DNA of 64,000 nt. Origin: Candidatus Aldehydirespiratoraceae bacterium. GTDB lineage: Bacteria; Actinomycetota; Acidimicrobiia; Acidimicrobiales; Aldehydirespiratoraceae. Positions 38,622-47,184 of this stretch are shown one piece after another (the first letter of the stretch is position 1; each line of letters opens with the position of its first letter). The notes under the pieces were generated by a model, which saw nothing but the letters and a program-made list of their open reading frames with translations, did not search any database and had not been told where the DNA came from. The stretch spans positions 2,623,602 to 2,687,601 of the forward strand of contig CBDHCN010000002.1 in NCBI GenBank assembly GCA_965261185.1, read 5' to 3'. The position numbers and the translations under genes were made by a program.

Positions 38622-39195
38622 TCAGTGAGAGGCGGCTCGAGTGTTGGCTCGGAGGGCTGATCCCTTGGTAATCGTGATGAGGCCGAGGCAGCAAACGAGA
38701 ACCAGCACGACAACGGGGGTGAGACGACCCTGGGACAGGGATTCGTGGGCAGCGGTGATCGGCGGCAACAAGATGACTCCGATATACAACGCCACGGAAC
38801 CCAATATTGCGATACTTCTGTTGTTTGTCACCGGTTGATGCAAACAGCTACCCAATGCCAAGCCGATCACTGTTGCACAAGTCGCCGATAAGAACGCCCC
38901 AACGCCAGCTCTTGGCTCTCCTCCCATTGCGCCGACGTACACGCCCCCGGAGCCGTGGTGCGGTTATTGCAGCGGGGACGTAAGCGCAACTGCTGGGTCC
39001 AAGCCGAGTTCCCGTCGTCGGTGCGCAGACTCCGCAGAGCAAGCGAAGCAAAGAGGTTTTCCCTGAACCGTCGGTACCTCGTGCTGACACGACCGAAGCC
39101 CGAGGGATCTCCAGAGAGACACCACCGAACACCAACTGTCTGTTCAGACTCAGCGACACACCATCAAGAGCGACGACGGCGTTAGGTTGCATCGG
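38622..39195 (-). pseudogene. collapsed ABC transporter remnant (ATPase N-terminus joined to permease fragment)
   Basis: 'LDGVSLS...GTDGSGKTSLLRLLCG' without Walker B, followed by an out-of-frame hydrophobic fragment. Confidence 0.6.
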
Positions 39196-39366
39196 GCGGG
39201 GCCATCGCTTCGTAGTACTCCCAGGGCAGTGGGGTTCTGTGCTGTCGCTCACCCCATAACGGAGCCACCAACCTCTATGTCCATTACAACTAACAGCTTG
39301 GAATCGGGGCCAGGCGGGAATTGATGATCTCGTGGAGTTCGACGGCTGGGTTCTCGCCCTGCCAGT
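39142..39366. repeat. diverged copy of 47016-47261 (last ~25 codons of sulfatase-like gene plus downstream DNA)
   Basis: shared blocks GTTCAGACTCA..CATCAAGAGCGACGAC, CCCCATAACGGAGC, GTCCATTACAACTA, GGAATTGATGATCTCGTGGAGTTCGACGGCTGGG. Confidence 0.85.
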
Positions 39367-39532
39367 TCGCAGCGATCACAAGCAGCCCGGTACAGGGCGG
39401 CGGTACCGTCGGCGGTGGCGCTGGACGTGATGCGGCCGCCTAGTCACGTTTGGACTTTGTACCAGTCGGTCACCGTTGGGGGTGGGTCAGCGTTTGCAGC
39501 AAGAAATCGGATTGGCTTGGTGTTCGTCGTCT

Positions 39533-41113
39533 ATGTCTGATGCTTCGTGTAGTGCAGTGGTTGGGCTTGGCCGTGTTCGGCTGGGCGTCGGTTTGGTTGC
39601 GGCGTTGACGGCGGCGTTGTTGATGTGGTCGCCGGCGCCTGCTGGAGCGGTGGCGGGATACGGCGACGTTCCCGAAGAGACCTGGTACACGAATCCGGTG
39701 CAGTGGGCTACAGACAACGGCATCGCCAACATCGTCGGGTCTTGTTTCGGGCCTTCGTCGCCGGTGTCTCGTGGTGAGACCGCGGTGTGGCTCCACAACC
39801 TCGAAGGCCAACCAGCACCGGCGGCGGCTCATTCGTTCGTGGACGTGACCGACGCGGCACAGCACGACGCTATTTCGTGGATGGCCGAGACCGGGATCAC
39901 CACCGGCACGTCACCAACCACGTTCGCGCCCGACGACACGTTGACACGGGCGCAGGCCGCGGCGTTCCTGCATCGCCTAGCCGATGAACCTCCAGCGCCC
40001 GCGCACAGTTTCGGCGACGTGGTTGCTGGGTGGCAGCAACAAGCCGTGTCCTGGATGTCTCGTACCGGGATCACCACCGGCACGTCACCAACCACGTTCG
40101 CGCCCGACGACACGTTGACACGGGCGCACCTAGTCACGTTCCTGTACCGGTACTCCAACAACCCGACCGTGACCGTTGACGCCAACAGCCCAAGATGTGC
40201 CACGTTCAAGACGGTCAGCGCAGGCGACGGCCATAGTTGCGCCATACGTGCTGACGACACGATCATCTGCTGGGGCAACAACGACCGTGGGCAGACCGAC
40301 GCTCCTGGCGGTGCCTTCAAAGCGGTCAGCGTAAGCATCGCCCATAGTTGCGGGTTGCGGGCCGACGACACGATCACCTGCTGGGGCAACAACTACCGTG
40401 GGGAGGCTGACGCTCCTGCCGGTGCCTTCAAAGCGGTCAGCGCAGGCAGCGGCCATAGTTGCGGGTTGCGGGCCGACGACACGATCACCTGCTGGGGCTG
40501 GAACCAGTTTGGGCAGGCTGACGCGCCGACCGGTGCCTTCAAGACTGTCAGCTCAGGCATCGACAACAGCTTCCATAGTTGCGCCATACGTGCCGACGAC
40601 ACGATCACCTGCTGGGGTCACAACGGCTCCGGGCAGACCGACGCTCCTGGTGGTGCCTTCAAAGCGGTCAGCGTAGGCGGCAGCCGCAGTTGCGCCATAC
40701 GTGCCGACGACACGATCACCTGCTGGGGCTTGGGGCAGGCTGACGTGCCGACCGGTGCCTTCAAAGCGGTCGCCGTAGGCGCAAGCCATAGTTGCGCCAT
40801 ACGTGCCGACGACACGATCACCTGCTGGGGCTGGAACGGCGAAGGGCAGACCGACGCGCCGACCGGTGCCGTGCCCACGCCTGCCGGTGCCACGTTCAAA
40901 GCGGTCAGCGCAGGCGGCTGGCATAGTTGCGCCGTGCGGGCTGACGACACGATCACCTGCTGGGGTCGCAACCTCGACGGGGAGGCCGACGCTCCTGCCG
41001 GGGCCTTCAAGACAGTCAGCTCAGCCAGCGTCCATAGTTGCGCCGTAGGGGCCGACGACACGATCACCTGCTGGGGCCGCAACAACGCTGGGCAGGCCGA
41101 CGCTCCGACATGA
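39533..41113 (+). CDS. secreted SLH-domain + RCC1-like repeat protein (8 repeats)
   Basis: signal peptide '..WSPAPAGA', SLH units 'ITTGTSPTTFAPDDTLTRA', ~111-bp repeats 'FKAVSAG..HSC...ADDTITCWG'; paralog of 15177-16460; start uncertain. Confidence 0.85.
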   Translation: MSDASCSAVVGLGRVRLGVGLVAALTAALLMWSPAPAGAVAGYGDVPEETWYTNPVQWATDNGIANIVGSCFGPSSPVSRGETAVWLHNLEGQPAPAAAHSFVDVTDAAQHDAISWMAETGITTGTSPTTFAPDDTLTRAQAAAFLHRLADEPPAPAHSFGDVVAGWQQQAVSWMSRTGITTGTSPTTFAPDDTLTRAHLVTFLYRYSNNPTVTVDANSPRCATFKTVSAGDGHSCAIRADDTIICWGNNDRGQTDAPGGAFKAVSVSIAHSCGLRADDTITCWGNNYRGEADAPAGAFKAVSAGSGHSCGLRADDTITCWGWNQFGQADAPTGAFKTVSSGIDNSFHSCAIRADDTITCWGHNGSGQTDAPGGAFKAVSVGGSRSCAIRADDTITCWGLGQADVPTGAFKAVAVGASHSCAIRADDTITCWGWNGEGQTDAPTGAVPTPAGATFKAVSAGGWHSCAVRADDTITCWGRNLDGEADAPAGAFKTVSSASVHSCAVGADDTITCWGRNNAGQADAPT

Positions 41114-41241
41114 CCGACCACCCGCTGTGTGGCCCGATCCGGGCGCACAGACCCTCTTTTTTTCTATAGGGCAAACCTCTATCTACGGTCGCTGGGGATC
41201 GAGCGAGACCCGCCGGTGCCATAACGCCCGCCGGTACGTGG

Positions 41242-41898
41242 TCACGGCTGCGCCCGGCGGCTCTGAGCGTCGGCGTCGAGGGCGACTGTGGCGACCGCCC
41301 GCCGTGCTTGTGTGATCGACCACGCCCCACCGCCCGCCGTGGCGTGTCCCTCGACGGTCAACGCCTCGCAGACTTGCTGCCACGTCGAGCCGTCGGCTTG
41401 GGCTTCTGTCGCCGGGCTTCGGGCAGTCTCGGCTTCGGCTTGGGCTTCTGTCGCCGGGCTTCGGGCAGTCTCGGCTTCGGCTTGGGCTTCTGTCGCCGGG
41501 CTTCGGGCAGTCTCGGCTTCGGCTTGGGCTTCTGTCGCCGGGCTTCGGGCAGTCTCGGCTTCGGCTTGGGCTTCTGTCGCCGGGCTTCGGGCAGTCTCGG
41601 CTTCGGCTTGGGCTTCTGTCGCCGGGCTTCGGGCAGTCTCGGCTTCGGTCGTGTCGTCGTCGGGATCGGCGGCCGGGCGTTCGAGCCAGCGGGCCGTGTC
41701 GTTCGCTGCTTGGGCCTCGTGACGGGCTTCCCGCGCTGCTTCACGGGCCATGCGTTCGGCGTTCGTCTCGACCGTGCCTGCAGGTGGGGTGAGCCCGGAC
41801 CATTCGCCGAACTTGCATCCTCGGCACGACGGGAAGTGTCTACCGGACGTGTCCACATCGGGCACGTTGTGGCAGCCATCGGTAGAGCATTCGCGCAT
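41242..41898 (-). CDS. hypothetical protein with Cys-rich N-terminus and 14-aa tandem repeats
   Basis: C..C / C..C-like N-terminus, (AEAETARSPATEAQ)x6; may be a truncated mobile-element gene. Confidence 0.4.
   Translation of the reverse strand: MRECSTDGCHNVPDVDTSGRHFPSCRGCKFGEWSGLTPPAGTVETNAERMAREAAREARHEAQAANDTARWLERPAADPDDDTTEAETARSPATEAQAEAETARSPATEAQAEAETARSPATEAQAEAETARSPATEAQAEAETARSPATEAQAEAETARSPATEAQADGSTWQQVCEALTVEGHATAGGGAWSITQARRAVATVALDADAQSRRAQP
41394..41648. repeat. 42-bp tandem repeat x6
   Basis: unit GGGCTTCGGGCAGTCTCGGCTTCGGCTTGGGCTTCTGTCGCC. Confidence 0.92.
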
Positions 41899-41899
41899 A

Positions 41900-42361
41900 G
41901 CTGGTGTGGTGCGTTACGGCGAAGGGATTTTTGTCGGCTACCGCTCCTATGACGCTCGCGGTATCGAACCGATGATCCCTTTCGGTCACGGCGGGTCCTA
42001 CACCACCTTCGAATGGGGCGGACCCACGATCAGGGGTACTGGCACGGACTTGAGCGTCGAAGTTCCGATCACCAACACAGGAGATCGTGTCGGCAGCGAA
42101 GTAGCGCAGGTGTATGTAGCGCCCGCCCAGAGTGTCGTCCCTCGCCCGGTGAAGGAACTCGCTGGTTTTGCCAAGCTCGATCTGGCCCCGGGCGCGACCG
42201 GAACCGCCCGCGTCAATTTGACAGACCGTTCCTTTGCCCGCTGGGACCCAGCGGTGCACGACTGGGTGGTTGATCCTGGCTCCTACTCGATAATTCTGGC
42301 CGCCTCTGCCACCGACATTCGCGCTACTGCGGACGTGACCCTGTAGACCGATTGCGCCGGC
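41900..42361 (+). pseudogene. 5'-truncated duplicate of GH3 gene C-terminus (direct repeat copy 2)
   Basis: encodes AGVVRYGEGIFVGYR...ATADVTL*, same as 35740-36186 with a few substitutions. Confidence 0.9.
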
Positions 42362-42403
42362 TGAACCACACCCGAACCACTCCCGGGTGTGTCGTTCGGG
42401 CGA

Positions 42404-45139
42404 CTAGCAGCGGGGAATCGGGGCTAGGCGAGAATTGATGATCTCGTGGAGTTCGACGGCTGGGTCCTCGCCCGGCCAGTACTGTGAATCGCCGATGGCG
42501 AAGACACGGTGAGCTGGGCCGTCTTCAAAAGACCTGGCCGTACCAGCCACGATTCCGTCCACCACAATTGCGAAGGCGATCGACGCGCCCGGTGGGGCGT
42601 CGATGAACCCGAACACGTAGCCGATCGATCCGTCAGCGTCAGGAATCGTTGTTGGCCGTTCTTTGACCCAGCAGTGCGCGGAGTGGTTGGTCGCCCAATC
42701 CCGCGCCGGGGCGCCGATCAGATCGTGCGCTCCGCCGAGTCCGTAGAGACTTCCCGAGGTCCCGTCACCGAACACTTCGTGCATTTCGGCAGCCAACTCT
42801 TCGGTGATTGTCGTGAAGTCCTGCGGTACCTTCACCGAACCGCCAATCCCGTCAACAGCACGGTCTACCGCCGGTTGCGCGCTGAACATGTCGCGCCCAG
42901 CGAAATCCCATGGTGCATCAACCTTGAGCTGCGCGGCGATCGTGGGCACGATGTCGATCAACTGCACGGGCTGGGATTGAACAGTCCTGCTGGTTTGGTG
43001 GGGTTCTTTGAAAAGCAGCGGAACGCCTGCGATACCTCCCACGTTCATATCGCCTACTCCTCTCGATCGCTCACCAGCGACAAAGGAGACTCCGTGATCC
43101 GCGGTGACGATCACCATGGCGCGGTCAAAGTCTCCGATTGCTTCAAGGCGATCCAAATATTCCCCCAACAGATGGTCGGTGAACCCGAGTTGCAGAAGAT
43201 GGCGTTGTTGGCCGAACCTCGCCTTGACCTCGTCGTCGTCCCATTTCGAGAAGTACCCGGGGAGACCGATGTCGGCATAGCTCGAGCCGTCCGGTCTCAG
43301 CCGCCAAGGCACATGTGGCAACAGTGTGTGCATGTAGTGCAGGCGGGGGAGATCCCTCGGGTGGATCGCAGCAACCTCTCTTCGAAAATCGAAGACCCGT
43401 GTATCGAGGGAGATCAGGCTGTCTAGAAACGCAGCGCGTTCCTCGGCGATGCGCTCCGGGTCTACAGGATTGCCACCGACGTTGGTTTCGACCTGGGTGG
43501 CGATCTGCAGTGTGGTCGTTGATTGGCTTTGATCCAGCGGCGGCAGCGTCGCCGTCGTGGGTGAAGCCTGCGTGGTGGTTGTGCTGGCCGTGGTGGTTGT
43601 GCTGGCCGTGGTGGTTGTGCTGGCCGTGGTGGTTGTGCTGGCCGTGGTGGTTGTGCTGGCCGTGGTGGTTGTGGTTGTGAGTTCTCCGGCGGTGGTCGGA
43701 GTTGGGACGGTGGTGGTCAGCCCCCTTCCAAAATTGCCCCATCCGGCACCGATTGATGGAAGCCCCAGGTCCATCCCCTCTGGCGCCAGGAGATGGCCGA
43801 ACACGATTGCTGCGTCCTCAAACAGCAGAGCCAATGATCTCTTGTCGCTTGAATTTGACTCGTCGTTCCTCGGCGCAGGCAGGGGCGGGGTACTTGAAGT
43901 CGACAGACTCGTGGTGGTGGCAGATGAGATCGCCGATGAAGCGGCGACTGTGGTTGCGGGCGTGGTTGCGGGCGTGGTTGCGGGCGTGGCCGGTGCGGCG
44001 GTCGTGGTGGTGCTGTTGGTTGCCGGTGCGGCGGTCGTGGTGGTGCTGTTGGTTGCCGGTGCGGCGGTCGTGGTGGTGCTGTTGGTTGCCGGTGCGGTGT
44101 TGTCGGCTGCGATCAGATCCAGGACCTGCTCCGGCGTTGAGCCGTTGCACACTGAATCGGGGCATAGATCAACGAGAGGGTCCCAGGACGAGACGTCGTA
44201 CACCCCACCCAACAGGGTGAACAGGTTGTCGGGATACATCGAATAGACGGGAGCCGGCTGAGTCTGAAGCGTGCTCGCAAGCAAGGCCGGCACCGCCGCC
44301 TCGGTGGTGAAACCAACCGTGGTGGCGTTGTTGAAGACGTGTGAGGTCTCGGCTAGGCGAGCGAAATTGGGATAGCGGACTGGATCGATGCGACCGGTCT
44401 CGTCGAGTAGCGAGTGCCATGGCAACTCGTCGAACACCAGCAGGTAGATCGGCGGGAACCGCTCGTTCAATCGCTCGACCAGCGGAGCTTGCCCGGCGGT
44501 GCTCGGGCTGACCGCAGCATTGTCGGGATCGTCTCGATCAGCGCTGGTGTTGGTCGGCTGGGCCTCGTCGGATACAGCGCTATCCGGTTGGTCTTGATTA
44601 TCAACAATGCCGCCGAGGTCGTTCTCAGGGTCGGTCCCGAGCAGGGTTTCGAGTGCCACCGCCTCCACATCGTCGGGAAAAACAACGCTGGTGGCTGCTG
44701 AGAAGAACAAGAAATAGACGACAACGACAGGAGGTAGCACCGCCAACACCGACACGCCTGAACGAACCCGATCGTGCTTCACATAAAGGGTCATCAGGCC
44801 GATCGTGGTGGCGATGGCGATTGCTATGACGAGCCAAGCCAACCCACCGATCACATCCACCACCTGGATGACGAACAAGAAGGTCAGCGCCGCCATGGAG
44901 CCTCGGAAAAAGTGTTGCCCCAGCCGCTCCGAGCGAGCGTGTGCGGCGAGCATCACCGCGCTGAGCACAAACGCGGGTACTAGCGCGACCAAGATTGCGA
45001 ACGCCACGATCTGGCCCGGCGAACTCGAATGCGCAGTGAAGAAGGTTGGGTTCTCGCCCAGGATGCTCAGCAGCGGTTGGCCGATCGCCAAGGTGGCGAG
45101 CACCAGCAGATGAACGATTCGCCACAGCAGCGTCTTCAC
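42404..45139 (-). CDS. membrane-anchored sulfatase/alkaline-phosphatase-superfamily transferase (NoeB/LtaS-like), paralog A with Thr-rich repeats
   Basis: 5 N-terminal TM, 'LLVFDEL', 'PNFARLA', Thr nucleophile region 'NATTVGFTTEAAVP', 'H..LPHVPW', 'VTADHG', 'DIVPT'. Confidence 0.82.
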   Translation of the reverse strand: MKTLLWRIVHLLVLATLAIGQPLLSILGENPTFFTAHSSSPGQIVAFAILVALVPAFVLSAVMLAAHARSERLGQHFFRGSMAALTFLFVIQVVDVIGGLAWLVIAIAIATTIGLMTLYVKHDRVRSGVSVLAVLPPVVVVYFLFFSAATSVVFPDDVEAVALETLLGTDPENDLGGIVDNQDQPDSAVSDEAQPTNTSADRDDPDNAAVSPSTAGQAPLVERLNERFPPIYLLVFDELPWHSLLDETGRIDPVRYPNFARLAETSHVFNNATTVGFTTEAAVPALLASTLQTQPAPVYSMYPDNLFTLLGGVYDVSSWDPLVDLCPDSVCNGSTPEQVLDLIAADNTAPATNSTTTTAAPATNSTTTTAAPATNSTTTTAAPATPATTPATTPATTVAASSAISSATTTSLSTSSTPPLPAPRNDESNSSDKRSLALLFEDAAIVFGHLLAPEGMDLGLPSIGAGWGNFGRGLTTTVPTPTTAGELTTTTTTASTTTTASTTTTASTTTTASTTTTASTTTTQASPTTATLPPLDQSQSTTTLQIATQVETNVGGNPVDPERIAEERAAFLDSLISLDTRVFDFRREVAAIHPRDLPRLHYMHTLLPHVPWRLRPDGSSYADIGLPGYFSKWDDDEVKARFGQQRHLLQLGFTDHLLGEYLDRLEAIGDFDRAMVIVTADHGVSFVAGERSRGVGDMNVGGIAGVPLLFKEPHQTSRTVQSQPVQLIDIVPTIAAQLKVDAPWDFAGRDMFSAQPAVDRAVDGIGGSVKVPQDFTTITEELAAEMHEVFGDGTSGSLYGLGGAHDLIGAPARDWATNHSAHCWVKERPTTIPDADGSIGYVFGFIDAPPGASIAFAIVVDGIVAGTARSFEDGPAHRVFAIGDSQYWPGEDPAVELHEIINSRLAPIPRC
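43572..44096. repeat. Thr-rich coding microrepeats (18 bp x5; 12 bp x3; 33 bp x3)
   Basis: GTGGTGGTTGTGCTGGCC, GCGGGCGTGGTT and GCCGGTGCGGCGGTCGTGGTGGTGCTGTTGGTT units; absent or single-copy in paralog B. Confidence 0.85.
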
Positions 45140-45207
45140 ACGAGAAGTGTGACCCACGCGCGGCGCTACCGCACAGAAAACAGCGCCGTGGCCCGGTCAG
45201 TGAGCGA

Positions 45208-45861
45208 TCAATCCCATTGGGGGATGGCGTCGATGAACTCGAGCGCGGCGTCGATGAAACCGAATTGTTTGGGCAGTCCGAAGTGGTCGATGCCCGGGAT
45301 TATCTTGACGGTGGCGTTTGGCAGCGCATCGGCGAGCGGCTCGGGTGGCCCTGCGAAGTCCTCACTTCCGATAACGATCAAGCAAGGTGCCTGAACCTTC
45401 CCCAGTTGTTCAACAGTGAACGGCCGCCGCTCTCTTGCGAGGCAGGCTCGAAGAGCGTCGGAGTCGTTGCCCGGAGCGGTTATCAACGACTCGAATCGGG
45501 TTTCCACGTTGCCGTCCAAGTGCCGGCTGTCACCGAAATCGATTACGTTGCGCCCGATCGCGGCGAGGACCAACCGGTTCACGCGTTCTGGATACGACAT
45601 GGCGATACCGAGCGCCGTGTGGGCTCCGAGCGAGTATCCGATCACATCGGCCGGCGAGTCGGGGAACCGCTCCAACACGGGTGTCGCCAGGTCGTCGTAG
45701 GCCTCGGGTTCGGTGGGCTTCGGTGCCTCACCGTGGCCCAACAGGTCGATACCGATAGCACGCCGACGGGCGTCCTTGAGCATGTCGAACCACCCAGGTT
45801 CGCGCCAGGTCCGTTCCGTCGAAGTAGCGAACCCGTGAATCAGAACAACCGGCGGCGCCAT
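45208..45861 (-). CDS. alpha/beta fold hydrolase
   Basis: HGF, 'DLLGHG', GYSLG, G..D, 'IDH'. Confidence 0.88.
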   Translation of the reverse strand: MAPPVVLIHGFATSTERTWREPGWFDMLKDARRRAIGIDLLGHGEAPKPTEPEAYDDLATPVLERFPDSPADVIGYSLGAHTALGIAMSYPERVNRLVLAAIGRNVIDFGDSRHLDGNVETRFESLITAPGNDSDALRACLARERRPFTVEQLGKVQAPCLIVIGSEDFAGPPEPLADALPNATVKIIPGIDHFGLPKQFGFIDAALEFIDAIPQWD

Positions 45862-45913
45862 CAGCGCACCGTCCCCACGAACTCAGATCCCAAACCCCAC
45901 TTCTCGCGATTGA

Positions 45914-46606
45914 TCATTTCCGATACCTCTCCAACGTTGGTCGTGTGGCCAAGACGCTTGGGGTCCGGCTCGTGTCTTTGATCCAAGATCTGCTGTCGGC
46001 ACACATCCAACCGATGGTTTCTAACAAATATTCGTGTTCAAGGTTCAAGTCCCGACGGTGAATCGGCTCGTGATGTGCGATGCGGTTGCGCGTGAAGTGG
46101 AACTTCTGCATTCGGTTCTCGACCTCTCGTCGGATCTGGTAGGAGTTCCCGGTCTCCGGGTGCAGGGGGAAAGCAGACCTTATCGCTGGGACCCACAACG
46201 AGGTGAGGTATCTCTTATGGCACAGGTATCGCCAGAACCCGAGGTTCAACTCGGCGATGACCTTGCCATAGACCTAGGGGCGATGATGTCGGGTGGCCCG
46301 ATCGCGAGCCCTAGCGATGGCTTGGCTCATCGGTTCGTGTTGCTTGCCGCGAAACAGGTGGTGCTGCTGATACCAGGGGCCTTCCCAGCCACTGATCTCG
46401 CCGTGTTCGACGAGTGTGACCGCGACGATGTTCCGGAAAACCACCTCGAAACGACCGATGTCCTCATGCATGGCTGCGCCTGCTCGGATGTTCCAGTCGT
46501 AGAGGCCCAGCGCTTCTCGAAGATCTCCGCCGGTCTCCGAAAGGTACGAACTGAGTCGCTCTCGCGTGAGGCGTTGAGCAACTGTTTGGTTGTAGATGCT
46601 TGACAT
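45914..46606 (-). CDS. Abi-like (Abi_2/AbiD/F-related) HEPN protein interrupted by one in-frame TAG at 46274-46276
   Basis: 'RLSSY...ALGLYDWN...FEVVFRN', 'HHRP*VYGKVIAELNLGFWRYL', HEPN Rx4H 'RNRIAHHEPI'; both ORF halves are in the same frame. Confidence 0.8.
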
Positions 46607-46627
46607 TGCCTCCGCCGCCTGTAAGCT
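46600..46627 (+). promoter_or_regulatory. sigma70-type promoter overlapping the abi start codon, pointing away from abi
   Basis: TTGACA-16 nt-TAAGCT, 5 nt before conserved hairpin. Confidence 0.6.
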
Positions 46628-46632
46628 TGCTC

Positions 46633-46687
46633 GTGAAAGCCCCGGAACCGTCAATGCTTCGGCAAACGGCCGGGGTTACGTCTTTTT
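46633..46687 (+). ncRNA. candidate structured small RNA, copy 1
   Basis: AGCCCCGG/CCGGGGTT, CCGT/ACGG, TGC-TTCG-GCA (cUUCGg tetraloop), U-tract; near-identical copy at 49780. Confidence 0.6.
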
Positions 46688-46724
46688 CTGACTTGCCTCC
46701 CCGAGCAGACTCACATCTTATCCC

Positions 46725-46994
46725 ATGTCATCTGACAACAACTCCAGAAGTCTCGGTCCTGCAGGCGAGACTAAACTAAAGTTCGTTTTGGAGTCAGCGT
46801 TCGGATGGGGACCGGTTCCGAATGAGAAACATGACAGCGGCACCGATTTCTTTGTCCAGGCCAGGGATCCAGACCTGTTTGATGGCCAGGCTGTTTTGGG
46901 AGTACAGGTCAAGACAGGGGCTTCCTATTTCCGGTCGCCTTTGAAGGAGATGACGAAGCCGATTACTCGATTCGTTGGATCTGTGCTGGCTTGA
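46725..46994 (+). pseudogene. truncated DUF4365-like PD-(D/E)XK domain
   Basis: 'G.AGE...GW...HDSGTDFFV...LGVQVKTGASYF', ends abruptly at a duplicated segment. Confidence 0.6.
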
Positions 46995-47184
46995 CCAAGC
47001 GGTCGCCAAATATCGGTTCAGACTCAACGCAACATCATCAAGAGCGACGACAGCGTTTCGTTGCGTCAGGCGAGGCCATACCCGTCAGTGTTAGGGCCGT
47101 CGCTTCGTAGCCCCCCCAGTGCAGTGGGGGTTGGCGCTGTCGTTTACCCCATAACGGAGCTACCAACCTCGTCGTCCATTACAA

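Noticed and set aside
40200-41110. DGR-type diversification of RCC1 repeats
   Set aside because: No reverse transcriptase or template repeat in the window; variable codons include TGG, CAG, TTT and GAA, which do not fit a strict AAC>NNC pattern, and third-position C is expected at this GC content
46249-46276. Frameshift splitting the abi gene
   Set aside because: The two ORFs are in the same frame; the break is an in-frame TAG
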